A stretch of DNA of 64,000 bases from Candidatus Atelocyanobacterium thalassae (GCA_051971635.1 JBFPLN010000001.1:128001-192000), one strand, 5' to 3'; shown: positions 22,116 through 33,097, counted from the first letter of the stretch. Notes: generated by a model from the sequence alone, not told the origin. A program made the numbers and translations.

Positions 22116-23903
22116 ATGTTAACTCCACTTATTGGTTTTTTTATTGGTTTAATATTATTAGAATTATGTTTTGGGATGTATACAAGTCGGATCGTTTCAT
22201 CCTTTTTTTTTAATATTTATCAGGTAAAAAACAATTTTTTCTGTATTTTAGGATTAGTTTTAATTTCTATTGCTTTAATAATTGGAATGGCAGGCTATTT
22301 AAGCTACATCACTGCTTATCAATTAAAAACTATAAGAATACTACTAAGTATAATAGGACTTCTATTTCTGATTTTTGGTTTTCTTCAAAGTTTTAACATA
22401 ATTAAAAACTTTAAGAAATACTTGAATCCTTTTTCTTATTTAATTTCAACTAAATTAATTTTAAGCTTTCTTTCTCTAGGAATATTATTTTCCATTTTTT
22501 TAATTAGTTTTTTTGATTCTAATTATGGTGGTGATGCTTTTATGTATCATTTACCATTTGCAGCAAGGATTTGGAATATTATTACTCCTGAAGAATATAG
22601 TTTTGAATACTATACTGAACACCGTTTTCTAGGATTTCCACTGTTTGCAAATTGGTTACAAGGTTTTTTTTGGAAGCTTTTCCAAAAACCTGAAGCAACT
22701 AACTTAGTGAGCTATCTTAGCTTGTTAACCATGATTTCATATCTTAAATTGTATTTAAGAATTCCTTTTTATATGGCTTCTTTATCTCTTTTAGCCATAC
22801 CTATGGTTCATATGCATGCGGCAAGAAGTTATATAGATCTACCTGGAAATGTTTTTGTTTCAATTCTTATCTTAACTACTTATTCTTTATATATTAAGAG
22901 AACTTCTTTGGATACAAAAACTCTCTTAATCATTTTTGCTTCGTCAACTATAGCGGCTAATACAAAATTTCAATTAATTCCTGTTGTTTTCATAGTTTTA
23001 TGCTTTGTCCTTTTTAAAATAATGGTAGCTCTACTAAAAAACAAAAACAATATTAACAACCTACTTAAAAGTTTATTAATATGTTTTTTAGCGAACTTAA
23101 TCATTTTTTTCACACCTATCAAAAATACAGTTATATACTCTAATCCTTTCTATCCAGTACAAATAAAAGCTGCAGGATTTGTTTTAAACAATAAAGAAAC
23201 ACCTCCTGATTTTATGCATGAAAATATTAGGAAACTCTCGCCTTATTTAAGATGGGGAAGATCAGTTCTAGAGATTGATGTTTTTGATGATCGTAGGCCT
23301 TGGCCTTGGACGTTAGGGATGGACTTCATATCTTGGGATGAAGAAAAATTTGGTCTAGGAGGATATTTTGGAAATTATGTAATTTGTAATTTTTTGTTAT
23401 TTATATATTTATGTTGGCTAAATTACAATTTAGAGTCAAAGGTGGCTCTATCTACTATTAGCTTAATGACTATAATTACTCCTCTTTTTCCTCAATCATA
23501 TGAACTGAGATACTATATGTACTGGATGATAGTACTGGTAAGCTTAAATTCTTTTTTAACTTGTCAGCTAGTCCAAAAATCACCTCAAAAAATTATTAAT
23601 CCCAAAAATATTACTCTGGTTGCTACAGTTTTTCTGATAACTTTTATAGTTAAAACTAAATTTTTTTTTACTATCCCTGAATTTGCATCTTTTGATAAAC
23701 AGATTATAAGAGAAGATATTGTTGATCAGAATATAATACGTGATATTAATGATGGAGATAATGTTTGTATTATTAATAAAGCACCACACACTTTTTTATA
23801 TAGTTCTCATTTTCATTCACCTAATAAATACTCTGTAAAAGCCGAGTTTAATATAGATTTAAATGAAGAAGAGTGTAACGGTAGAAAGATCTTAAAAAAT
23901 TAA
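22116..23903 (+). CDS. Polytopic membrane protein, possibly a GT-C fold glycosyltransferase
   Basis: More than 12 hydrophobic segments; GDAFMYHLP luminal motif, YIDLPGN, NPFYP, ELRY. Confidence 0.65.
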   Translation: MLTPLIGFFIGLILLELCFGMYTSRIVSSFFFNIYQVKNNFFCILGLVLISIALIIGMAGYLSYITAYQLKTIRILLSIIGLLFLIFGFLQSFNIIKNFKKYLNPFSYLISTKLILSFLSLGILFSIFLISFFDSNYGGDAFMYHLPFAARIWNIITPEEYSFEYYTEHRFLGFPLFANWLQGFFWKLFQKPEATNLVSYLSLLTMISYLKLYLRIPFYMASLSLLAIPMVHMHAARSYIDLPGNVFVSILILTTYSLYIKRTSLDTKTLLIIFASSTIAANTKFQLIPVVFIVLCFVLFKIMVALLKNKNNINNLLKSLLICFLANLIIFFTPIKNTVIYSNPFYPVQIKAAGFVLNNKETPPDFMHENIRKLSPYLRWGRSVLEIDVFDDRRPWPWTLGMDFISWDEEKFGLGGYFGNYVICNFLLFIYLCWLNYNLESKVALSTISLMTIITPLFPQSYELRYYMYWMIVLVSLNSFLTCQLVQKSPQKIINPKNITLVATVFLITFIVKTKFFFTIPEFASFDKQIIREDIVDQNIIRDINDGDNVCIINKAPHTFLYSSHFHSPNKYSVKAEFNIDLNEEECNGRKILKN

Positions 23904-23941
23904 CACAATAATATTTAAAGTTTGAAATACTAGTTTTTCTG

Positions 23942-25501
23942 ATGCTAAAAATTAAGCAATACTCTAAGGTCTACCTTACTATTACTCTTGTTTTTGCTTT
24001 TATATTAAGAATAATATACTTAGATGATATTCCAAATGGCTTTTTTACAGATGAAGCATCTAATGCATATGATGCTTATTCAATTGTTCATACCTTGAAA
24101 GATCAATATGGAAATTTTTTACCATGGTACTTTAAATCAGCCAATGATTATCGTGAAGGGTTGTATATGTATCTCATGTTTCCTTTTATTAAATTTTTTG
24201 GTTTAAATCCATTTGGTGCAAGAATTATTTCATCTTTAACTGGTACACTTACAGTTTTAGTTACTTACTATTTATCTAAAGAAATTTTCAACAAGCAAGT
24301 TGGGTTATTATCTTCTCTTTTTTTAGCAATAATCCCTTGGCATATCCATTTTAGTCGTATAACTTTTCGAGCAATTTTAGTTCCATTATTATTTTCTTTA
24401 GGTTTATTATTTTTTATAAAAAGTTTTAAACATCCTAAATATTTAACAATATCTAGTTTTGTATTTGCTGTAAGTATTTATACTTATAATTCTGCAAGAT
24501 TATTTATACCATTATTTTTAACAGGACTAGTACTCATATACTGGAAACATCTCTGGAAAAATAAAAATTTAACAATTATATCTTTTATAATTTTCTTCAT
24601 AATATTTTTTCCTCAACTTATTTACCAATTATCTCCTGAAGGTATGGCCAGGGCCAATACAGTAGGAATTAAAACAGATATAAGTATAATATTTCACAAT
24701 TACTTCTCTTACTTTAATCCTAAATTTCTATTTTTTGAAGGTGATCCAAGCCCGCGTCATACAATCAATAAAATGGCTGGATTGTTTATATTTCAATTAC
24801 CTCTGTTAATAATAGGTATCATAAGTCTGCTTAGGGAAGTTAATCCCTATAGATTACTTATTTTGCTTTGGTTGGTATTATATCCAATACCTGCCGCTTT
24901 TATTTCAGCAGATAGTGCTGTAAGAACATTAGTAGTTACACCTCTTTTCTCAATTATTTCAGCTTATACAGTCTTTAAAACAATTAATATTTTTAGTAAA
25001 AAATATCAATATATGGTTACCTGTTTAATCATTTTCATGATTGTTTCTAATATAGTAATTTTTTGTAAACGTTACTTTATTGAATACCCAACTTGGCATA
25101 CTGATGTTTGGCTATCTACGCTAGGAGAGACAATAACCTATGCTAACGAAACTCCTTATAAATGTATTATTTATAGTAGTAACGCCTATGGAAACTATGC
25201 ATACATATTAATTCCATTTTTTACACAAATAGCTCCTAATCAATATCATAAGTTTAATGTGGATGTTTCTACAAATCGTTTAGATATGGGTAAGTGGAAT
25301 ATAAAAGAATTAAAGACTTCTAAAGATTTAGATACTAGTTGTCTTTATCTTTTAAGTGGTGATCCAAGTGCCAATAATCCTAAAGGACAAGATGGACAAA
25401 CACTAAAAGCTAAAGGCTATGAAGAAAAATTTGTTTACTCCATAAAAGATATTAAAAATCGTGAATTTTTCCGCCTAGTGGAAATTCAAAAGTCTTTATG
25501 A
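23942..25501 (+). CDS. ArnT/PMT (GT39/GT83-like) glycosyltransferase
   Basis: LRIIYL..IPNGFFTDEASNAYDAYSI, ARIISSL.G.LTV, PWHIHFSR motifs. Confidence 0.85.
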   Translation: MLKIKQYSKVYLTITLVFAFILRIIYLDDIPNGFFTDEASNAYDAYSIVHTLKDQYGNFLPWYFKSANDYREGLYMYLMFPFIKFFGLNPFGARIISSLTGTLTVLVTYYLSKEIFNKQVGLLSSLFLAIIPWHIHFSRITFRAILVPLLFSLGLLFFIKSFKHPKYLTISSFVFAVSIYTYNSARLFIPLFLTGLVLIYWKHLWKNKNLTIISFIIFFIIFFPQLIYQLSPEGMARANTVGIKTDISIIFHNYFSYFNPKFLFFEGDPSPRHTINKMAGLFIFQLPLLIIGIISLLREVNPYRLLILLWLVLYPIPAAFISADSAVRTLVVTPLFSIISAYTVFKTINIFSKKYQYMVTCLIIFMIVSNIVIFCKRYFIEYPTWHTDVWLSTLGETITYANETPYKCIIYSSNAYGNYAYILIPFFTQIAPNQYHKFNVDVSTNRLDMGKWNIKELKTSKDLDTSCLYLLSGDPSANNPKGQDGQTLKAKGYEEKFVYSIKDIKNREFFRLVEIQKSL

Positions 25502-25716
25502 ACTGAAAATCACAGGATAGATCATTAATTCAACATCAGAAAGAGGATAAATAAAGGAATAACATAAAGAGATGCTTAATCAATATAGGTTTATATTTTA
25601 AAATTATGTTTTTTATTTAAAATGAAGATATTATTTAATTCTTAAAAAAAGGAACAACTAAGCTAAAGTCTATTTAAATATTATAAAATTGTTAAAAATA
25701 AAGACTATGGTTAATA

Positions 25717-26661
25717 ATGGCCAGTAACGTTAATTCTATTTCGTTTTCGAAAATTCCAATCACACCTAAAGGATTTAAATCGGGATTCATAGGAATCATT
25801 GGTCGTCCTAATGTTGGCAAGTCAACTATTATGAATCAGCTAATAGGACAAAAGATAGTAATTACTTCCAATGTTTCTCAAACTACTCGTAATCGTCTTA
25901 AAGGAATTTTAACTACTGATACAGCACAGATGATTTTTGTTGATACTCCAGGGATTCACAAACCTCACCATAATCTTGGCAAGATTATTGTTAAGAATGC
26001 AAAAATTACAATTAATTCTGTAGATGTCATTCTGTTAGTTGTCGACAGTTCTACTTTATCTGGAGGAGGCGACCGCTATATTATTGATTTATTAAAAAAT
26101 ATAAATAAGCCAGTAATAGTAGGTCTTAACAAAAGTGATAAGCAAACTTTTGATCATGAAAATCTAGATGAAAGTTATCTAAGTTTAATAAGGACATATG
26201 AATGGCCAATCGTTAAGTTTTCGGCTCTTACAAAAAAAGGGTTAGATAATTTGCAGAATTTATTAATTGAAAATTTAGATTGTGGACCCTATTACTATCA
26301 TCCTAATTTAGTTACTGATCAGCCAGAAAAATTCATTATCCAAGAATTAATTAGAGAGCAAGTTTTAAATTTAACTAAACAAGAAATTCCTCATTCTGTA
26401 GCTATAGTCATTGAAAAAATAGAGGAAACATCTACTTTAACTAAAATTTTTGCTGCTATTAATGTAGAAAGAAACTCCCAAAAAGGTATTATCATAGGCA
26501 ATAAAGGTAATATGCTTAAGTCAATTGGTTCTCAATCGCGAATACAAATTCAGAAGCTTATCGCTGGAGAAGTGTACTTAAAATTATTTGTTAAGGTTGA
26601 ACCTAACTGGAGATTTTCTAATACACATTTAGCAGACTTTGGATATGGTTATGAAGAATAA
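25717..26661 (+). CDS. era: GTPase Era
   Basis: GRPNVGKST, QTTR, DTPG, NKSD, KH domain with SQKGIIIG. Confidence 0.97.
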   Translation: MASNVNSISFSKIPITPKGFKSGFIGIIGRPNVGKSTIMNQLIGQKIVITSNVSQTTRNRLKGILTTDTAQMIFVDTPGIHKPHHNLGKIIVKNAKITINSVDVILLVVDSSTLSGGGDRYIIDLLKNINKPVIVGLNKSDKQTFDHENLDESYLSLIRTYEWPIVKFSALTKKGLDNLQNLLIENLDCGPYYYHPNLVTDQPEKFIIQELIREQVLNLTKQEIPHSVAIVIEKIEETSTLTKIFAAINVERNSQKGIIIGNKGNMLKSIGSQSRIQIQKLIAGEVYLKLFVKVEPNWRFSNTHLADFGYGYEE

Positions 26662-26731
26662 AAAATAAAGAAATTTATATATGAAGTTAGCAACTTTTTA
26701 GTCTAGAAAATTTTTTGACAGAACTGATTTG

Positions 26732-26809
26732 TTTCTTAAAAGATTTATGATTATAAGATAATCATAAATCTTTTAAGAAAAATAGGGATGTTATATTAAC
26801 ATCCCTATT
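26732..26809. terminator. Two back-to-back perfect hairpins (23 bp and 13 bp) between convergent genes
   Basis: tttcttaaaagatttatgattat/aag/ataatcataaatcttttaagaaa, then aatagggatgtta/tat/taacatccctatt. Confidence 0.75.
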
Positions 26810-26873
26810 ATGAAATCAATTTTATATTTTTTCGGAAAAATCACACAAAATAATAACTATAGCTAACTCCAAT

Positions 26874-29312
26874 TTAGAGATTAACTGTAGTTTTAAATTG
26901 TCCAAAGATTTTGCAGAATTCATCATAACTTAACTCATAGTCACCACTAGTATCTGCTATCTTAAGCATTTGCTCAATTTGACTATCTGATAGTCCTGTA
27001 TCAATATCTCTTAAGCATAATCTTAGCTCTTCAAGACTGATATTTCCTGAGCCATCCATATCGAAGAAGCGAAAGCGTTGTAACATTGCTTCTTCTTGTG
27101 TATTAGTTAAACTACAATGCATAAGACTAGTAAATTCAGCAAAAGTAAGATCTTCACTCCCCCGGCGACCAGTCATCATATCCATAACTTCTTGAAGTCT
27201 TTCAGAAGAATAAGAACGACCAACTGCTCTTAATAAAGCATGCAATTCAGCCATTGACAGGGTATTATTCCCATCTTTGTCAAATTTTTTGAATGCTTGT
27301 TGATAAAATACCATTTGTGTTTCATCAATTGGACCAACATTGCAGGCAACTCCTTCTTTTCCTTGTGCAATAGCATCTATATGCTCAATTGCGCTAAGAG
27401 TGTATGCCATCGTTTTCCATAAATGATGTGGATTTGAATTAGTTAAGATATCTTGCTCTTCCTCAGGTGTGATAGAATACTCTTCCCGTATATCTTCAAC
27501 CATTTTCAACTCTTTAGCTGATAGTTTTGAAAGAACGTTGTTAAATGATTCAAATCCCTTTTTGCCAATCATTATGTCATAAAGACTTAAAATAATTGCC
27601 TGGTGGGGATGATCTTTAGATGCTTCAACAATAGTATCGAAAAGTGATTGACGATAACTTTCTTGTCTTAACCAATCTTCACGGTTCTTATCATCTCGTA
27701 CTTCATGAATACTAGGATTTTCAACTTCAATTTCTGTTAACACTAAATCATGTTCTTTATCAGAAATATTAAGCTCTAATCGAACCTGTTCAAACATTCC
27801 GAGACTGGTCGCAGCATTAACATAACCCTCTGCTAATGTTTCCCTAACTATTCCTTTATAAGCTTGTAATCTTTTCTCTTTATCAAATCCAGGAAGTATT
27901 TTGGCAAGAACATACACTTCATCAGCATGAAGATCGTCTAGTGATCTTCCTTCTAAGAATTGAGAAACATCAAGCTTTAATTTTCCTAACTGTTTACGGA
28001 GACGACCAGCCAAGCTTTCTCTTTGATATAGATATGGGTTTCTAGGCCAAGTTCTATATAACCATAAAGAACTAACAATCGCCATTATTACAGGGAAAAG
28101 ATACTCTAGTGAGGAAGGTAACAATCTAACTGCAGTACGGCCACCAAAAACAAAGAAGAAGTTGTAAATTATAAATGTTCCTAATGCAAACATTCTATGA
28201 CGAACAATTTCATTATTTACTAACTTATGATGACGGAATAAATATGCTTTATAACGTTTTTCAATAAAACGACCCAACCAATAGGCTGCTAAACCAAATA
28301 TGGCAAGAACTAAAGGAGCCGCAACTAATTTAGGAATAGGAATAGGGGTATTGAAAATATATAAACCTGGTCTAAATAAATCAGCTACCTGGTCTTCATG
28401 AGTATAAACACCAGCGAAATAATATTCCCAATTACCTGCAAAAAGATAAAAATAAACGAAGAAACCAACAGTTAATCCAAAGTACCCATAATGGAGCCAT
28501 TGCTGTTCAGGTTTTGTTATATTTTCCCAATATGTACGTTCTGCATCAATATCTATACAGGGAGTTTTACAAGCTACACAAGAGCTAGTTTCTACACCTT
28601 CTGCATTAGTAGTACGACACATAGACTGTGTAATTAATTTCCGTTCTCCCTCTCCTTCATGGGCAGTACTATTAAGAAGTCCTCTAGGTTCTGCAAAAAT
28701 TTTCTGTACAGGAGACATAGGACAAAAATACTGACACCAAGATTTTCCTCCAAATAGGAATCCTACTGATATCGCAGATAAAATGGTTGCTACCAAGAAA
28801 AGTCCTAATAGAAGACGATCTGAATTAACAAATAAGAGACGAAGAGTAATTCCTATATAGAATAATAGTAATTGCAAATACAAGTGATTTCGACCTAGCC
28901 AAGATTTTTTATCAACTCTAGCTACTTCAACACGAGTTTTGCCTGTTATAACATCTACTCGTCTACGATGTCTCTGCCATCCCAAAGCACGAGGAATTTG
29001 AGATAAAAAAGATAAAGGACAAATTCGTCTCCATAATTCATGTCCGCCTACTAATAAAGCAACTATGCCTGTTGGAACAATCCAGCCCCAAAACAAAGCG
29101 GCTCCCATTGCATAAGGTTCTTCTTCTATGCAGTTTCCTTGAAGTTTGACACATACCGTATAGTCAAGAGCGAAAGGACTCCATGTATTTTCTGGCTGTG
29201 TAAACCAAGGAGAAACTGGGTCCCAAAATAAAGAAAGAATGAGAACTAGCCAGCCAATAGCTAATACCCATCGCACATAGTGCATTTGTCGTTCAGGAAT
29301 TCTCGCAAACAT
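26874..29312 (-). CDS. Membrane 4Fe-4S-binding (NapH/FixG-like) protein fused to a calmodulin-like EF-hand domain
   Basis: TM helices with WRRICP, WCQYFCP and CVACKTPC; C-terminal EF loops DKDGNNTLSMAE, DMDGSGNISLEE, DTSGDYELSYDE. Confidence 0.85.
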   Translation of the reverse strand: MFARIPERQMHYVRWVLAIGWLVLILSLFWDPVSPWFTQPENTWSPFALDYTVCVKLQGNCIEEEPYAMGAALFWGWIVPTGIVALLVGGHELWRRICPLSFLSQIPRALGWQRHRRRVDVITGKTRVEVARVDKKSWLGRNHLYLQLLLFYIGITLRLLFVNSDRLLLGLFLVATILSAISVGFLFGGKSWCQYFCPMSPVQKIFAEPRGLLNSTAHEGEGERKLITQSMCRTTNAEGVETSSCVACKTPCIDIDAERTYWENITKPEQQWLHYGYFGLTVGFFVYFYLFAGNWEYYFAGVYTHEDQVADLFRPGLYIFNTPIPIPKLVAAPLVLAIFGLAAYWLGRFIEKRYKAYLFRHHKLVNNEIVRHRMFALGTFIIYNFFFVFGGRTAVRLLPSSLEYLFPVIMAIVSSLWLYRTWPRNPYLYQRESLAGRLRKQLGKLKLDVSQFLEGRSLDDLHADEVYVLAKILPGFDKEKRLQAYKGIVRETLAEGYVNAATSLGMFEQVRLELNISDKEHDLVLTEIEVENPSIHEVRDDKNREDWLRQESYRQSLFDTIVEASKDHPHQAIILSLYDIMIGKKGFESFNNVLSKLSAKELKMVEDIREEYSITPEEEQDILTNSNPHHLWKTMAYTLSAIEHIDAIAQGKEGVACNVGPIDETQMVFYQQAFKKFDKDGNNTLSMAELHALLRAVGRSYSSERLQEVMDMMTGRRGSEDLTFAEFTSLMHCSLTNTQEEAMLQRFRFFDMDGSGNISLEELRLCLRDIDTGLSDSQIEQMLKIADTSGDYELSYDEFCKIFGQFKTTVNL

Positions 29313-29864
29313 AAGCTGTGTTTTCCAACTCTATAGAGATAAAAAAGATTTCTCCAGGCTGATTTCACACTGGATAGTAAATAGACTACACATTTTTATT
29401 ATCCCTGATTTTACCCAGTTTTGGTAGAACTTTTTTATCTACTAGAATAGATTTCTCATATACTAGAATCATATTAAGAAACTAATTTAGATAAAAACTC
29501 TATAAATAAATGCAATTAGTGTAGATAAAAATGATAATAATTTATCTAAAAAATGAAATTATGATCATTTTCGTACAAAAGATTCTTTTGAATCAATTTA
29601 ATAATGTTTTAGATAAAATAATTTCATTTTTTAGTAGTAACAAATTTTCTTAAGTAATAAAATCTTGTAGAAAAAATACCCTTTTTCAAAATCTTCTTAT
29701 TGTTCATTTTTCAAAATGTCATGAATCTATAAGTTAATCTTAGTAAATTTTACATTAAACTTTTTTATATACAATAATAAATTGATCTTCTACTTTAGTT
29801 GTTGTGAAAGATTAATTTTTCACAACATAAAATGTCTGAAAATTTACTAATGACAAGTAGAGTA

Positions 29865-29937
29865 CGGGTGTGACAGGACTCGAACCTGTAGCCGACAGCT
29901 TAGAAGGCTGTTGCTCTATCCATTGAGCTACACACCC
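29865..29937 (-). tRNA. tRNA-Arg (TCT)
   Basis: GGGTGTGTAGCTCAATGGATAGAGCAACAGCCTTCTAAGCTGTCGGCTACAGGTTCGAGTCCTGTCACACCCG. Confidence 0.96.
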
Positions 29938-29976
29938 ACGGAATATATTGTAACGTTTTTTTAGATAAATAACATA

Positions 29977-30654
29977 TTAAAATTCAAATTCATTCAATCT
30001 TCTGCGTAACATGCTTGGAAACTTAGCATAATACTGCTTATTAAGTGGTGAAGGATGAGGCAAAGGTAATAGATGAACTTCCTTCTCATAATGTCTCCCT
30101 TGAAAGTCTATCGCTTTTAAAATTACGGTGAGCTTAGACTCATATCGATCACGACGCTGCCAGAATTCTTCAATTTTCCCAACTGTACAATAGGGAGAAA
30201 ACCATTTAAAGGCTTCTGTTCCTAGGGTGATAATCTGATTTCCTTGCCAATAGACTACTAATAACTGTTCAATAAATGGTCTAAACCTTTCTTTCACCTT
30301 ATGTGAATATGCCTTATTCCCTGGAGGTTTATAAGGAACTGTATTAGTTAAAAGAGCACGCCTACAAATTGACTGAATATCATCTTTTGTAGTAATTTCC
30401 TGAGAATATAGCGCTCGATGAAATTCTCTACGAACTAACATACCTGAAGCACCTATCAAAGGTTGTCCTTGCGCAACTTCATCTCTACCCAAGTCTCGGC
30501 CGAAGAAACAAATTTGAGTATTAAACTTTCCAGCCCAAAGTATAGCTTCTGTAGGAATTTTCCCTGCAGATTTGTACACAGAAACGTCAATAGGGAATTC
30601 TTCTTTTTTTGCTTCTTCGCAAATTTTTTCTAAAAGAATTCTAGAATCATTCAT
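29977..30654 (-). CDS. Uracil-DNA glycosylase superfamily protein
   Basis: GRDLGRDE...GQPLIG, TNTVPYKPPGN, IITLG, LPHPSPLN. Confidence 0.85.
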   Translation of the reverse strand: MNDSRILLEKICEEAKKEEFPIDVSVYKSAGKIPTEAILWAGKFNTQICFFGRDLGRDEVAQGQPLIGASGMLVRREFHRALYSQEITTKDDIQSICRRALLTNTVPYKPPGNKAYSHKVKERFRPFIEQLLVVYWQGNQIITLGTEAFKWFSPYCTVGKIEEFWQRRDRYESKLTVILKAIDFQGRHYEKEVHLLPLPHPSPLNKQYYAKFPSMLRRRLNEFEF

Positions 30655-30856
30655 TTGATAAAAATTAAGGAATGTTTCTATTGCTTATATTTTAATTGCT
30701 TAAAGAGTATTTACATACATGGCAATTAATTTGATCTAGATAGTGTCTATTTAGTTTAATAGGCACTATCATACGTTAACATATAATAGTAAAAACATTA
30801 AATAAAATTCTTATTTAATTTACTATTAAAAGCATAAATAAAAAAATTATTATTAT

Positions 30857-31051
30857 ATGAATAACAAGTTAGGCTTTATTTGTAAAATTACAATTTTTTC
30901 ATTTCTATTTTCGTTTGGTATAAAACGCTTAGCTCCTCTATATCCTATTGAACCTAGTCAAACTAATATTTTAATAGGTGTCACAATCCTTCCGCTAACA
31001 ATTTTCTTCTTATTGGTATGGAAGTATAGAATCCAACCTTCCAAATTTTAA
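30857..31051 (+). CDS. Small two-TM hypothetical membrane protein
   Basis: 64-aa ORF with two hydrophobic helices, resembling conserved cyanobacterial small proteins (IK...P...I.P). Confidence 0.6.
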   Translation: MNNKLGFICKITIFSFLFSFGIKRLAPLYPIEPSQTNILIGVTILPLTIFFLLVWKYRIQPSKF

Positions 31052-31101
31052 ATTAAATAATTATTTTATTTCTATCTTAAATATCAAAATTGTAATTAAT
31101 A

Positions 31102-32169
31102 ATGAATTTTGCTCATTGGACTGGTTTTGTTGTCTTATCATTTTCTTTTTATATCATATGGAAAGTTAGACAGTTACTAATCTTATTATTTACAGCAATT
31201 ATTATTGCTAATCTTCTAAATCACGGAGTCCAAGCCTTACAAAGATTGGGTATTAAGCGTTTTTATTCAGTCTTATTACTTATAATATTTTCAATTGTAA
31301 TATTATTACAATTTTTTCTATATATATTTTATCCTTCTTCTGAACAATTTCCAGAGTTATTTTTGTTAGTTTCTCAAGGTATTGATAGATTAACTGCTCC
31401 TCTTCATGATTTCGTACTACAGCTTGATCCAGAACTAACTAAAACACTTCCAAGCCTTGATAAAGTTATTGAACAGCTACATCCGCTATTTCAGAAAATT
31501 GCTGGACAAGGACTATCTGTATTTTATACAACCTTAGGAATTCCTTTAACACTCCTACTGCTGCTGATATTAAGTTTGATGTTACTAGTTAATCCCATTG
31601 CATATAGACAAAGTTTTATTAGACTATTTCCATTTTTTTATAGATCAAGGATAAATTTAGCTTTGACAAAATGTGATCTTCTCCTCAAGGGCGAATTGAT
31701 AGCTTTATTGTTTAGAATGATTATGATTTTCATTTTGGCTTTGACTGGATTATCAATCTTAAAAATACCTTTGAGTTTTACTCAGGCAGTTTTGATAATG
31801 ATATTAACTTTATTTCCTAATATTGGACCAATATTAAGCTTTATACCGCCAATGGCCATAGCTTCATTGGAGACTCCACTTAAATCCCTAATCGTTTTGT
31901 TTATTTTTATCTTTTTTTATTTAATTATCAGACAGATAGAGAATAAGATTATTACACCTTTAATAATTAAAGATAGAATATCCCTACCTCCAGGATTTAT
32001 ACTACTATCCCAGGTTTTATTTGCGACTTTTTTTGGAGTCTTAGGATTTCTATTGTCTACACCTTTAACAGTAATAATTTCAGTGCTGGTAAAAGAAATT
32101 ATAGTTAGAGATATTTTAGATAAATGGGGCCTAAGCTATCGTTTCAAGAATAATAGACACAAGGCTTGA
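31102..32169 (+). CDS. AI-2E family transporter
   Basis: Multi-TM; FPNIGP, QIENKIITP, FGVLGFLLSTPL, DILDKW. Confidence 0.87.
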   Translation: MNFAHWTGFVVLSFSFYIIWKVRQLLILLFTAIIIANLLNHGVQALQRLGIKRFYSVLLLIIFSIVILLQFFLYIFYPSSEQFPELFLLVSQGIDRLTAPLHDFVLQLDPELTKTLPSLDKVIEQLHPLFQKIAGQGLSVFYTTLGIPLTLLLLLILSLMLLVNPIAYRQSFIRLFPFFYRSRINLALTKCDLLLKGELIALLFRMIMIFILALTGLSILKIPLSFTQAVLIMILTLFPNIGPILSFIPPMAIASLETPLKSLIVLFIFIFFYLIIRQIENKIITPLIIKDRISLPPGFILLSQVLFATFFGVLGFLLSTPLTVIISVLVKEIIVRDILDKWGLSYRFKNNRHKA

Positions 32170-32305
32170 AGAACTGTTTTGAGTAAATCTTTTATGTACA
32201 AAACTTTTAAAAACTACAGAGATAGAGTTTTTAAAAAAGTTTATCTATTAGTAATATAAGTTTAATTTTTACTTTGTTTATTTTTAACGACTAGTAACTA
32301 ATCTT

Positions 32306-33097
32306 CTAAAATGCAGCCGTTCCTTTTCCTTGAAACATTATCCATGATAGAAAGAAATTAATAATAAAGACAGCAAGCAAAGATGTAACAACTGCTGTAG
32401 TAGTAGATTGTCCTACTCCTTTTGCTCCTCCACTTGTAGTTAAACCCCAACTACAGCCAATTACAGCAATTAAGCCTCCAAAGGTAATAGCTTTAATAAT
32501 AGAAGTTATTAAATCCCAAAGTTCGAGGAAATTACGGACTGATGTAAGAAAAACATAAACAGATATATCATATAAACCATTAGCGATGAGCAATCCACCT
32601 GCCATACCAGTTATTAAGGAAAGAATATTGAGTATGGGCAACATTAAACAGCAGGCTAAAACTCGTGGAACAACTAGGTAACTTATAGGATCTGTTTTTA
32701 GCATATACAATGCATCAACCTGTTCGGTAACACGCATAGTTCCTATTTCAGCGGCAAAGGCAGATCCAACACGACCAGCAACCACGACAGCAGTTAAAAC
32801 AGGAGCTAATTCTCTAGTTAATGCTAATGCTAAAACACCTCCAACTGTCGATACCGCACCAAAACTTATGAATTCTCTAGCTACTTGAATAGTAAATACC
32901 ATACCCACAAAAGCAGCAGTTATCACCGAAATTGTGAGTGATTCTGGACCTACAACACTCATTTGCTCTAATGTGTTTCGCTTATGTATTTTAGCTCTTA
33001 AAATATGAAAAAAAACTTGTCCACCTAAAAGAATAGCTGCTATTAACCTCTCAAACCAAATATTTAGCCCTTTACGAGAATGTGTCAAGTTTGCCAT
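32306..33097 (-). CDS. mlaE: MlaE/TGD1 (Ycf63) lipid ABC transporter permease
   Basis: RELAPVLTAVVVAGRVGSAFAAEIGTM..TEQ.DAL, GGAKGVG.STT.AVV. Confidence 0.92.
   Translation of the reverse strand: MANLTHSRKGLNIWFERLIAAILLGGQVFFHILRAKIHKRNTLEQMSVVGPESLTISVITAAFVGMVFTIQVAREFISFGAVSTVGGVLALALTRELAPVLTAVVVAGRVGSAFAAEIGTMRVTEQVDALYMLKTDPISYLVVPRVLACCLMLPILNILSLITGMAGGLLIANGLYDISVYVFLTSVRNFLELWDLITSIIKAITFGGLIAVIGCSWGLTTSGGAKGVGQSTTTAVVTSLLAVFIINFFLSWIMFQGKGTAAF

Noticed and set aside
29370..29445. NtcA site upstream of the EF-hand gene
   Set aside because: The GTA...TAC pairs present do not have the required 8-nt spacing.
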